Positions 1-11,889 of a stretch of DNA of 64,000 nt are shown here, one piece after another. A program made the translations under genes and the position numbers. Position 1 is the first letter of the stretch; each line of letters starts with the position of its first letter. The stretch is taken from the NCBI GenBank assembly GCA_951406725.2, contig OX597817.1, positions 129,022,001-129,086,000 on the forward strand, given 5' to 3'. The notes beneath the pieces were generated by a model. That model did no database searches, was not told where the DNA came from, and saw only the letters and a program-made list of their open reading frames with translations. Source of the stretch: Octopus vulgaris. Its lineage: Eukaryota.

Positions 1-345
1 GATACAGCTGAATTAGTTGTGGCGGGGAAAGCTGCATTATTGTTGTTGCTTAGCCCCTGTTCAGTTTCATACCAGAACACTTATGATCAAAGGTACATCA
101 GCTACGACTACCATTTCTGATATTTTTGAAGACTCTAGGGTTAATTGTCTAATATCATCCCTAATTTTAAGATAGCTGTTTAAGCCGCATATGAGACTTT
201 ATTTAGCAACTCTATGACCAAGAATAATCCAGCAAGAGCATTCATACCAGCTTTTTTCTGTATATTAGAAACAGTGCGGCTTAAGGTTTGAATACACTGA
301 GGAGTTACCCAGTGGATGGAGCTCACGTATCTAGGGGCCCAATTT

Positions 346-715
346 TTACCTCCGCCTTAGTGAAGGCAGACGTGTTGTTTTCAGTCGTGTTTGTTTGTCT
401 GTGGACAAGATATCTCAGCAACCGCTGGATGGATTCGGATGAAACTTTTAGAGATGTTTGGCCTTGTTACTGGCACGAAGCGATTAGATTTTAGGATCGA
501 TCCAGTACCGGACAAGAATTCTAGATTATTTTTCTTTTCTTTTTTTTTTGTTACTTAATTTTTGAGAGCGGTCGGATTAATTTTCAGTATTCTCGTTTGT
601 AAGAGCAGTTGAGTTTATTTCAGATATTCTCATTTTAAAAATCATCTCCGGCTAATCGTTGAGAGGACGTTGGTGTTGCCTAGGCGGAGGTTTACGCTCT
701 CTAAGTGCTCTTGTT
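346..715 (+). mobile_element. Non-autonomous Helentron-associated (HINE/DINE-like) element, copy 1
   Basis: Starts TTACCTCCGCCT and has the inverse AGGCGGAGGT sub-terminally (about 682-691), an internal GTTT/GTCT microsatellite, and a short 3' hairpin ending TGCTCTTGTT. Homologous copies lie at about 29070-29409 and 57827-58141. Confidence 0.65.
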
Positions 716-1394
716 ATCTATGTATTCTGTGGCTTGCTGTCAATAAATAAATACTAATGGGTCCAGTACATTGATTTTGTCAAGGGCTAATAATCAGATG
801 GCCCTGATTAGAGAGTGGATTGGCAGAATCGTTAGAGGACCGGAATAAATGCCTTGTGGTTTTCTGGTTCTTTATGTTCTGAGTTCAAATCCCACCGAAG
901 TGAACTTCACTTTTCATAATTTCGGGGGCGATAAAATGATATATCATTTCATTACTAGGGCTTGATATAACCAACTAGTCTCTTTTCAAATTCGCTGTCC
1001 TTGCGCCTGGTTTAGATACAATATTTGAGAGCACATTAACAATAGATAGTTGAGAAACAATTAGCTGTCATTTCTAGCAAGTACAGCGACTACGATGGTA
1101 TCGGTGGTGGTGGTGGTGGTAGTAGTTAGATGGAAAACATTGAGGTGAGAGGAAATTGGAGGATAGTGGTATTCGTGTTCGAAAGTGGGGAACGGAGACG
1201 GCGGAAAGACGAGTGGGGCACGGACGAAAGTTTAACACTGACATTGTTATAGATATCGCCCGTTTTCACACCGTTACCACCCGACACTCCAGTCCATGCC
1301 AGCCTCTCATAAGTCATATACGAATTAGCTGGTGGTGGTTGCAGTGGTGATAGTTGAGGTCGTAGTGAGCGTGCAGCCACTGTTGCTATTGCAG

Positions 1395-1432
<38 letters not shown>

Positions 1433-2024
1433 ATTGATGATGACGACGGTAATGGTGGTGGTGTCGGTGGTGTTGACGGGGGTTATGGGGCGAATGTGTT
1501 GATGTTGCTGGAGGTGTTAGCGTTGGTAGTGATAATGGTGATTTGTTTATGATTCATTCGTTTCTATTTGGCGGCAGGCTGACTAGATGTCTGATGTGTT
1601 GGGACGCTGGCTAGCTGTCACTGTGTCTTAGCATCTCTCTTCTCCTTCTTCCTCTCTTCCTTTCTTTCGTCCCCTTCTTGATTTGTCCCCTTTCGTTTGC
1701 CCAATTTTCTCTTCCGCCCTCTTTCTCTTCCTTACATCGCTATGGGTCTTATTTATATATATTTCTTTGTTATTGATTTCCTTTTCTTGCGAACATCCAT
1801 TCGTATGTCAGCAAATATTGTGACACCTCCCATGATTTACAACACCAGCAACAGCATCAGTAACAACAGCAATCAGTAAAGTCAAGCAAGAGAAAATAAC
1901 AACACGTACTAATGATTTTCAGTAGGTGTTAATATATACGTGTATAGAAGGGTTTATATACGCTTGTAGAACTAGGTTTCTCTTTCACTCTCTTGCTCTC
2001 TCTTTCTTTCACTCCCTCTCTCTT

Positions 2025-2349
<325 letters not shown>

Positions 2350-2350
<1 letters not shown>

Positions 2351-5300
2351 GATGAAAATTTTGATGAAAATTTTCAAAAGACTTGAAAATTTTCATCAAA
2401 ATTTTTGAAAAATATTTCTGAAAATTTTCATCAAAATTTTGGAAATGTTTTTCGCAAATTTTCTTGAAAAGTTTTGAAAATTTTCATGAAAATTTTTGAA
2501 AATATTTCTGAAAATTTTCAGGAAAATTTTCGAAATGTTTTTCGCAAATTTTCTTGAAAATTTTGAAAATTTTCATGAAAATGTTTGAAAAGTTTTTTGA
2601 AAATTTTCATCAAAACTTTTGAAAAGGTTTTTGAAAACTTTCATCAAAATTTTCATCAAAATTTTGGAAAGTTTTTTGAAAATTTTCATCAAAAGTTTTG
2701 AAAAATTATCACGAATTTTGATGAAAATTCTCAAAAACCCTTTCAAAATTTTGATGAAAATTTTGAGAAAATTCTTTGAACTTTTGATGAAAATTTTCAA
2801 AGTTATGAAACTTTTCATCGAAATTTTTGATTTTTGAAATTTTTGAAACTTTTCATCGAAATTTTTGAAACTTTTCATCGAAATTTTTGAAACTTTTCAT
2901 CGAAATTTTTGAAACTTTTTCTGAAACTTTTTGAAACGATTTTTGAAAATTTTCATCAAAATATTTGAAAAGTCTTTTGAAAATATCCATCAAAATTTTT
3001 GAAAAGTTTTCTGAAAATATTCATGAAAATCTTTGAAACCTTTCATCAAAATGTTTGAAAAGTTTCATGAAAATCTTCATTAAAATATTGGAAAATTTTT
3101 TGAAAATGTCCATCAAATGTCCATCAAATACATACATACATACATACACACAGGGTGTAACAGGTAAATTGAGACCATTTAAATATTTTTATTATAATTG
3201 GTATAACTCGGAAACTCAAACACTGCAAATTTTATATTTATGCCAACTTATTGTGGAGTGTTTAGTACCTACTTCAGTTCAATGTTACCACCATTTAATC
3301 TCTTTGTCAGTTCAATCCGTTTATGAAATGATGCGCATGTCTTAAGTATTTCAAAAATTTTGATGAAAATATTCAAAAAACGTTTCAAAATTTTGATGAA
3401 AATTTTCAAAATACTTTTCAAAAAACGTTTCAAAAATTTTGATGAAAATTTTCAAAAAACTTTTCTAAAATTTTGATGAAAATTTTCAAAACACATTTCA
3501 AAAATTTTGATGAAAATATTCAAAAAAACGTTTCAAAATTTTGATGAAAATTTTCAAAATACTTTTCAAAAAACGTTTCAAAAATTTTGATGAAAATTTT
3601 CAAAAACTTTTCTAAAATTTTGATGAAAATTTTCAAAACACATTTCAAAAATTTTGATGAAAATATTCAAAAACGTTTCAAAATTTTGATGAAAATTTTC
3701 AAAAACCTTTTCTAAAATTTTGATGAAAATTTTGGCAAAGCTTTCAAAAATTTTTGAAAGGATTTTCTATAAAGTTTTTGAAAATTTCTTTGAAAATTTT
3801 CGTCAAAATTTTTGAAAAGTTTTCTGAAAATTTATCAAAATGTTGATGAAAAGCTTCAAAAACTTCAAAAATTTTGATGAAAATTTTCAAAGAAATTTTC
3901 AAAAATTTTATAGAAAATTATCAAAAAACTTTTCAAAAATTTGGACGAAAATTTTCAAAAGACTTTTCTAAAATTTTGCTGAACATTTTCCAAAAATTTT
4001 TCAAACATTTTGATGAAAAGTTTCAAAAATTTTCATGAATATTTTCAGAAAACTTTAAAAAATTTTGATGGATATTTTCAAAAGACTTTTCAAATATTTT
4101 GATGAAAATTTTCAAAAAACGTTTCAAAATGTTTCAGAAAAAGTTTCAAAAATTTCGATGAAAAGTTTCAAAAATTTCGATGAAAAGTTTCAAAAATTTC
4201 GATGAAAAGTTTCAAAAATTTCGATGAAAAGTTTCAAAAATTTGAAAATTTTCGTCAAAATTTTCATCAAAACTTTTGAAAGGTTTTTTGAGAATTTTCA
4301 TCAAAACTTTTGAAAGGTTTTTTGAGAATTTTCATCAAAATTCGTGATAATTTTTCAAAACTTTTGATGAAAATTTTCAAAACACTTTTTTATAATTTTG
4401 ATGAAAATTTTCGAGTATTTTGATGATAATTTTCAAAGAACTTTTCAAACATTTTCTTGAAAATTTCCAAGAATTTTCAAGTAAATTTGCGAAAAACATT
4501 TCGAAAATTTTCCTGAAAATTTTCAGAAATCTTTTCAGAAGTTTTGGTGAAAATTTTCGAAAGACTTTCAAAAATTTTGATGAAAATTTTATAACTTTTC
4601 AAAGTTGTGGATGAAAATTTTCAGAAAAATTTTTAAAAATTTTGATGGAAATTTTCAAAAATCTTTTCAAAAATTTTGATCGAAATTTTCAAAAAACTTT
4701 TCAAAAATTTTGATGAAAATTTTCAAAACACATTTCAAAAATTTTCATGAAAATTTTCAAAAAACATTTCAAAATTTTGATGAAAATTTTCAAAATACTT
4801 TTCAAAAAACGTCTCAAAAATTTTGATGAAAATTTTCAAAAACCTTTCCAAAATTTTTTTTTAATTTTGATGAAAATTTCCCAAAAAGTTTCAAAAATTT
4901 TGATGGAAATTTTCAAAAATCTTTTCAAAAATTTTGATCGAAATTTTCAAAAAACTTTTCAAAAATTTTGATGAAAATTTTCAAAACACATTTCAAAAAT
5001 TTTGATGAAAATTTTCAAAAAACATTTCAAAATTTTGATGAAAATTTTCAAAATACTTTTCAAAAAACGTCTCAAAAATTTTGATGAAAATTTTCAAAAA
5101 CCTTTCCAAAATTTTTTTTTAATTTTGATGAAAATTTCCCAAAAAGTTTCAAAAATTTTGATGAAAATTTTCAAAAAACTTTTCTAAACTTTTGATGGAA
5201 ATCTTGGCAAAGCTTTCAAAAATTTTTGAAAATTTTCTTCAAGACTTTTGAAAGTTTTTCGAAAATTTTCCTCAAAATTTTTGAAAAGTTTTTTGAAAAT

Positions 5301-5580
5301 TTATCAAAATGTTGGTGAAAAGCTTCAAAAAACTTCAAAAGTTTTGATGAAAATTTTCAAAGAAATTTCAAAAATTTTATAGAAAATTATCATAAAACTT
5401 TTCGAAAATTTTGAAAAAAAGTTTTTTGAGAAGATTATCGAAAATTTTGAAAAAAAGTTTTTTGAGAAGATTATCGAAAATTTTGATGAAAATTTCCAAA
5501 AAATTTTCGAAAATCTTCTCAAAAAACTTTTTTTTCAAAATTTTCGAAAATTTTTTGAAAATTTTCATCAAGATTTTAGA
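2350..5580. repeat. A/T-tract satellite or foldback array built from about 11-12-bp units (AAAATTTTCATC / GATGAAAATTTT / AAAATTTTTG)
   Basis: Hundreds of degenerate quasi-palindromic units. About 2810-3060 is the reverse complement of about 4000-4240. About 4630-4890 is tandemly duplicated at about 4890-5160. The array is interrupted at about 3130-3345. Confidence 0.9.
3150..3345 (+). mobile_element. Possible Tc1/mariner 5' terminal fragment inside the satellite
   Basis: Begins CAGGGTGTAACAGGTAAATTGAGACCATTT, which resembles a CAGGGTG-type TIR, after a (TACA)n tract. No coding part was recognised. Confidence 0.35.
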
Positions 5581-6584
5581 AAATGAGTTGTGTGAAATGC
5601 ATAGATGTTTATATAGGGAATCGCAGTGTTGCTCATTTTATAAATAACTTTTCCTTTGGTACCAAATATGTTTCGATAGCCACGTAGCGTTCTTTCTACG
5701 TGTATATTATAGTGCAAATGATTGTGTTGTATATGTCTGGTTTTGAAAGTCTCGCTTTAATACAATTCAGTTATTATGTTTTTCTGTCTTGTTTTATCGT
5801 TACTATGTCGATTACTTTTTATCAATTTCCACTTGACGGACATCGTTTTGATCAGTTGCAAGTGTGTCTATTTGAAGCTGAGTGTTTATATCACCTGATT
5901 TTGGTCTCTTAATAAAGAGTTAGTCCACCATAAGGAATTCCAACCGTAGTAATCATGTTGTTCCACCTGAAATGTGTGATTTGAGGAAGATTTAGATGTT
6001 ATTTCTCGTACTTTGAGGGTCACTCTTCATTTCCAGTCAAATTATATTGAAGATGATGTTACTGCCGATTTTAAATATATTTGAATCTTAACATTCTGTT
6101 TCTTTGAACAATCACTAAGTGGCTCAATTTTGTCATAGGTTGCTGAATCAGTGTGTTAATATTTGCTTTTTAGTTTTAATAAATATTCATAGTGGCTGAT
6201 ACTTCTGTTCGAAGCAAATATATATTTATTAAAAGCTCAAATTACAGTGTGAGAGTGACACATACGCAGAATAACACATCTATATGCTCTGTATATACAT
6301 ACGCAGACTCACATATACATAAGAGTCAATAAATGTCTATGTCTATGTGTATGAATATTTGTGTCGATATATGTATTTAAGTATACATATGTATATAAAG
6401 ATATATATAAAGTTGAGAGAGTTTTATTGAATGTCGTACATAACACACAAGAAAGAGAAAGAAAACAATGTCTTAGTAGCAATTGCTAGCAACTCTGAAG
6501 AGAAAGGGGAGGTAATATCAAGAAACCAAGAACAATATCATAATAGAATTTAGGGAAACAAATTTGCTTGGAGGCAAAGGACAT

Positions 6585-6629
6585 CTATGGACATATAGCT
6601 TCGGTCGTGATTTTACATCGTCAACATAG
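6585..6629 (-). ncRNA. Degenerate minimal type-I hammerhead-like motif (PLE pLTR remnant)
   Basis: Minus strand reads CTATG-TTGACGA-TGT..ACC-GAAG-CTATATG-TC-CATAG. Stem I (CTATG/CATAG) is perfect, but the core carries two substitutions. Confidence 0.4.
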
Positions 6630-7070
6630 TGTATGCAACTTCGTGTCTAGACCTGGTTTAAAATTTTAAGACTTATGAAAATGTTTAGTACAAGAGTAAA
6701 GTGCAAATATAAAGCAAAGCAATATAAGAGGAAATAACACAAATGAGCCACTGGCATGTTAATTCAATTTTGGATTTTAAGTTCGTAAATTATCTCCCCT
6801 TCTCCTACGAAGTAACTAAATTTCTGTTGATTTTTCTTTTTCTTTTCGTTCTTAAAGAGAAGTTTCAATAAATAAGGATTGTATTTGCTAATCAGTTCAC
6901 TTCATCTCATTACTTAAGTGCCTGGGCATCTTTGAATTATGTTCCTGTAGTGCTTTTGAGTTTTAACAATATTTTCTATAAAACTCCTCCTTTACGTTTA
7001 TATAAGCCATGTTTATCCAAGACACTAACCAAATGCGTTTTAATCTAATCAGTCGGCTGATGCTACTTCA

Positions 7071-7273
7071 TACGCCGGGCGAAATGCTTAGCGGTATTTC
7101 GTCTGCCGCTACGTTCTTAGTTCAAATTCAGCCGAGGTCGACTTTGCCTTTCATCTTCTCGGAGTCGATAAATTAAGTACCAGTTATGCACTGGGGTCGA
7201 TGTAATCGACTTAATCCGTTTGTCTGTCCTTGTTTGTCCCTTCTGTATGTAGCCCCTTGTAGGCAGTAAAGAA

Positions 7274-7275
<2 letters not shown>
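7071..7275 (+). mobile_element. SINE family B (tRNA-related head, MetaSINE-like central domain), 5'-truncated
   Basis: Variant of GTCGACTTTGCCTTTCATCCTTTCGGGGTCGATAAATTAAGTACCAG with the tail GTAAAGAAATA. Many copies occur in the window. Confidence 0.8.
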
Positions 7276-7306
<31 letters not shown>

Positions 7307-7803
7307 TGCATGCATGCATGCATGTATGTATGTATTGATGGATGGATGGATGAATAGATGGATGGGATCATTGAAGAGCTAGCATCAAACTTCAGAATTG
7401 GGAACTATAACAGTTACTTAAATGTTTGTCACTGCATATACCCAAAGGAATTACACATTCACCACAGCAAAAGCTCAGGTAGAGACAAGCATTAGCTTGT
7501 ATTAAACGGCACGTGCCTTTCTAATCTTGGGCATAGGACTTGAGAAGTATAAATGGAGTGGAGGCAAATGTATTCCATAAACACTTGGATATCCTAAAAT
7601 CTGAGAACTCAGATGAACCAATATCAACTGAAGGGACAATGGGTGGAAGTATTAATCTACATTATTCACAAGAAGACAAAAGGAGATTGCAATGTTAGTA
7701 GCAGTACCATAGGTGGTGGTCCAGCGTAACTGTCACACTTGCTAAAACTAGAAAAACAAATGTAAATATTTAAATACATACATACATGCATGTATATATA
7801 TAT

Positions 7804-7892
<89 letters not shown>

Positions 7893-8753
7893 TAGGCACA
7901 CATACGCTCACGCACACATACATAGATGTACATATATATGATGAGAACATGTCTGTGCTTATGAGTGTATGTGGTTTTAAAACTTTATTAACTTCATTCC
8001 ATTTAACTGTTTCTTTATAACCCCATTAAAAAGTAATAAAAAGGTATTGTGATTAAATATGGACATTAGGAAAGCAATAAAACTACTTCTAGTTATCTAA
8101 TGGCAGGGGCAAACCTCTATCATACACACACAATATATATATACATACATACATACATATATAAAGTATGTATACATATACATACATACATATACATATA
8201 CATGTATATGTATATACACATATACACTCATGCATATGTATACACATATATATACACGAACACACACTCACAAACATATATATAAGTGATGGTGTCTCTG
8301 TGTGTTTTATGTGCATGTGTATAAGCGTGTGTGTGTGCTTGTGTTTTGTTAACCTTGAAAGACCACATGACAAGAGAGCTATACATAGTGTTTATGTGCA
8401 TATAGCTTCTCTTGAGCAATAGTGTCCTCCATGCTCAGCGGTGTGCACCTATGTTCATAGGGTTCAAAATCCATTTTAAACCAATGTACAATGGTGCAGT
8501 CACTGTTGCTGATGTCCCTGGCCAAATTGCGAGCGACATTTATAAAAAAAAATATACTTGAAAAAACAAGTCGGGGTTGTAGAGTAATGTCAAGACTCGT
8601 CGTAGAGAAGTTTTACAAAACTGATAAAGGACAACTGCTGAAATTGGCCTTTACAAATTCATAACCGAGACTGAGTCGACAGCCAGTATATGGGCACAGG
8701 CGTGTGTGTATGTGTGTGTGTGTGTGTGCGTGCGTGTTTGTGTGTGTGTGCAG

Positions 8754-8836
<83 letters not shown>

Positions 8837-8845
8837 GTGTGTGTG

Positions 8846-9530
8846 TAATTAAATAATAAGGGTAGAAATTGATATTAATCAATTAAAACCAGTGGCTTAG
8901 CATATTTTAAAAATCCGAAGATTAAAAATTGTGTTACATGCAAAATTTAGAGGAATGACCACTAGAGTGGACACCCTATATGCTAAAAATAGACGTCAAA
9001 TCGTCATTACCACGAGGAATATGTTCTCAAGAAAAAATTTCAGCAAAACGCCAAAATGTAAAAATAAGCAAGACAAATGAAAATATACGAAATAAAAAAC
9101 GATTACCTACATACCATGGTTTCACTTGTTATTATTTACGTATATGAACCCGCTAATATCTGCAAGATCATCAGCATAGTCTGTCGCTTACAAAACACAA
9201 TTCCCAGAACTAAATACAAAACGCTCAATCGAAATCGAGCATGTATAAACTTCTACAAATTATATTTGGGTGTATTTTTCAAATGCCTTCACTTTGGCGC
9301 GTGGAGGTCGGAAATTACTCTGCAGTTAATAAATTACAGCAACCAATTTACCGGTTAGAGAACATTTTTTATTTTAAATTAAATAATAAGGGTAGAAATT
9401 GATATTAATCAATTAAAACCAGTGGCTTACCATATTTTTTTTAAAATCCGAAGATTAAATATTGTGTTACATACAAAATTTAGAGGTAAGACCACTAGAC
9501 TGGACACCCTATATGCTAAACATAGATGTC
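8846..9530 (-). mobile_element. Solo PLE pseudo-LTR with a partial tandem (about 150-bp direct repeat at 8846-8997 and 9377-9530)
   Basis: The direct repeat AATTAAATAATAAGGGTAGAAATTGATATTAATC... occurs twice, a hammerhead motif lies between the copies, and the unit abuts (GT)n. Confidence 0.65.
9107..9179 (-). ncRNA. Type-I hammerhead ribozyme, canonical core
   Basis: Minus strand reads CTATG-CTGATGA-T-CTTG(34-nt loop)CAAG-T-GAAA-CCATGG-TA-TGTAG. Stem III is the palindrome ACCATGGT and the cleavage triplet is GUA. Confidence 0.75.
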
Positions 9531-9799
9531 ATCTTAGGTCAGTGTGCAGCCATTTAATAATAGTGATGTAATTATGAGATAGTTTCAAAGCCAACGCCGC
9601 ATTTATATCTCTCCTCATATTTCCATTCTTCATCTTTCCACGTCTCTTCTATATAGTCATCATGATCACAATGATAATGATGGTTATCGTCATCATCTTT
9701 GTCATAGTCATTCTCATGAGCGATCCGCCGTTTTCTTTCTATCTTCATTTCTACTGTCAATATATGTGCTCAGAAAATAATACATTCCTATATGCATAC

Positions 9800-10300
9800 T
9801 CAAATTCATAAGAGAAAGGGGACATCTATGAATCATTGATAAGGAGTTTGCAAATCCAGTATCCAAGATACACTTACAGCTTCACACCTATTAATATTGG
9901 AACAACAGGATACATACCAATCCGTCTAGAGCGAAGTATATATTTCTTTACTAGCCATAAGGGGATAAACACAGAGGGGATAAACAAGGATAGACAAACG
10001 GATTAAGTCGATTATATCGACCCCAGTGCGTAGCTGGTACTTAATTTATCGACCCCGAAAGGATGAATGGCAAAATCGACCTCGACGGAATTTGAACTCA
10101 GAACGTAACGGCAGACGAAATACGGCTACGCATTTCGCCCGGCGTGCTAACGTTTCTGCCAGCTCGCCGCCTAGATCAAAGTATAACCGAACTTAGGATT
10201 TTGGAGAGAGAAAGCAAATCCTTAATTCATATGCTACAAATGATCACGATATCTAGGACTATAAAAAGTTGCAAGACCTTAAGATTTAAAGGAAGATGAC
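9800..10300 (+). pseudogene. C-terminal remnant of a restriction-like-endonuclease non-LTR retrotransposon (R4/NeSL-like), split by a SINE
   Basis: Manual translation gives IYESLIRSLQIQYPRYTYSFTPINIGTTGYIP, then after the SINE ESKSLIHMLQMITISRTIKSCKT. This resembles the RLE C-terminus. Confidence 0.4.
9941..10172 (-). mobile_element. SINE family B, full length
   Basis: Reverse complement of GGCGGCGAGCTGGCAGAAACGTTAGCACGCCGGGCG...GTAAAGAAATA. Confidence 0.85.
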
Positions 10301-11269
10301 TAAAACAAGATACTTTCCTATACAACATTGCCCCCATGTATTTGTTTTCCTAGAATATTGATTACAAATTCAATGATTCATATTTGCATGATAACATGTA
10401 TAATACAGAATAGGGACTGCATTAATATACATCATCTCCCTGCGTAATTTTATGCATTTTTTACTATGATTGTTGGTTTGAAATACATATTCACTATGAA
10501 GTTTAGCTTAAATAATATAATGACTCCGTTATAAGAACGTATGTCTGATTGAGCGGTTTAGTTTGGAGCAAAGGGTATTCGATGTCGGTCCTAGTGCGTG
10601 GTACTACGGCACTGAAGTTTCTTTTTTACCGTATTCTACAGTTGACTTGTAAAAGAAAATTGGTAGACGTAAGTATATTGTATTTGTCTGTGTCTATGGC
10701 TAAGTATTTATTTCTTGCAATTTTCCCGGACTTTGTCGACTTTTAGAAGACTCTCGCTGCTTCTATCGGTATAGGACCCGAAGAGCCCAACAATTCGATC
10801 ATTTGATAAACTGAAGTCGAAAGTAAGGTAAATAAGTACTGGAGTCGATATAATTTATTAAAACCCATAAAGGTCGCATTCCAATGACTGAAACAGTAAA
10901 AGTATAACACAATAAATACCAGTTTGAGATAGAAAAGGAAACTAGTATTTTCTACTTGCTGAGAGACCGCATTATCTATTATGCAGTAGTACACTATGAA
11001 ATGCTTACCATATTAAGTGGTAAAGAGTACTCGAAATTTAAGGTAGATATTGAGATGTATTAAGGTTTGTGTTACATCATTTTTTGAATTCGAAGGACTT
11101 AGAACCTGAAAAATTGTAAACAAAAAGATATATTAAGAAAGAAAATTAGAAGTAAAACTTAAAAAATGAATACATGTATCTGCATGTAAGTGTGTGCGCG
11201 TGTGTATATGAATATATATGCGTACGTATGTATATATATATGTGTGTATGTATGTGTATGTGTGTATAT

Positions 11270-11494
11270 ACTCCTTTTACTCTTTTTACTTGTTTCAGTC
11301 ATTTGCCTGTGGCCATGCTGGAGCACCGACTTTAATCGAGCAAATCGACCCCAGTACTTATTTTTTGTAAGCCTAGTACTTATTCTATCGGTCTCTTTTG
11401 CCGAACCGCTAAGTGACGACGACGTAAACATACCAGCATTGGTTATCAACCGATGTTGGGGAGACAAACACAGACACACAAGCATACATACACA

Positions 11495-11526
<32 letters not shown>

Positions 11527-11527
11527 T

Positions 11528-11585
<58 letters not shown>

Positions 11586-11745
11586 GACGGGATTCTTTCA
11601 GTTTCCGTTTACCAAATCCACTCACAAGGGTTTGGTCGAGCCGAGGTCATAGTAGAAAACACTTGCCCAAGGTGCCACGCAGTGGGACTGAACCCGGAAC
11701 CACGTGGTTGGTAAACAAGCTACTTACCACACAGCTACTTCTACG

Positions 11746-11748
<3 letters not shown>
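11270..11748 (-). mobile_element. SINE family A (tRNA head, CORE-like CTTGGGCAAGT, internal (TA)n(TG)n, tail GACTGAAACAAGTAAAA)
   Basis: Near-identical to copies at 30355-30799, 56838-57270 and 63311-63720. A-box-like and B-box-like (GGGTTCAGTCCC) motifs are present in the head. Confidence 0.85.
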
Positions 11749-11816
<68 letters not shown>

Positions 11817-11889
11817 GGCCCATATATATATAAAATAATTGGCCCTTTTTGTCTATGCAGACGGTCAATTTAGCTTAAAGGTCACTTAA

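Noticed and set aside
1100-1560. Poly-Ala/Gln/Ser/His-looking low-complexity region as a host exon
   Set aside because: The minus-strand frames all hit stops within short distances and no domain is recognisable. It is probably degenerate trinucleotide repeat sequence.
5655-5715. Hairpin CACGTAG/CTACGTG followed by GAAACATAT (minus) as a hammerhead
   Set aside because: No recognisable CUGANGA core.
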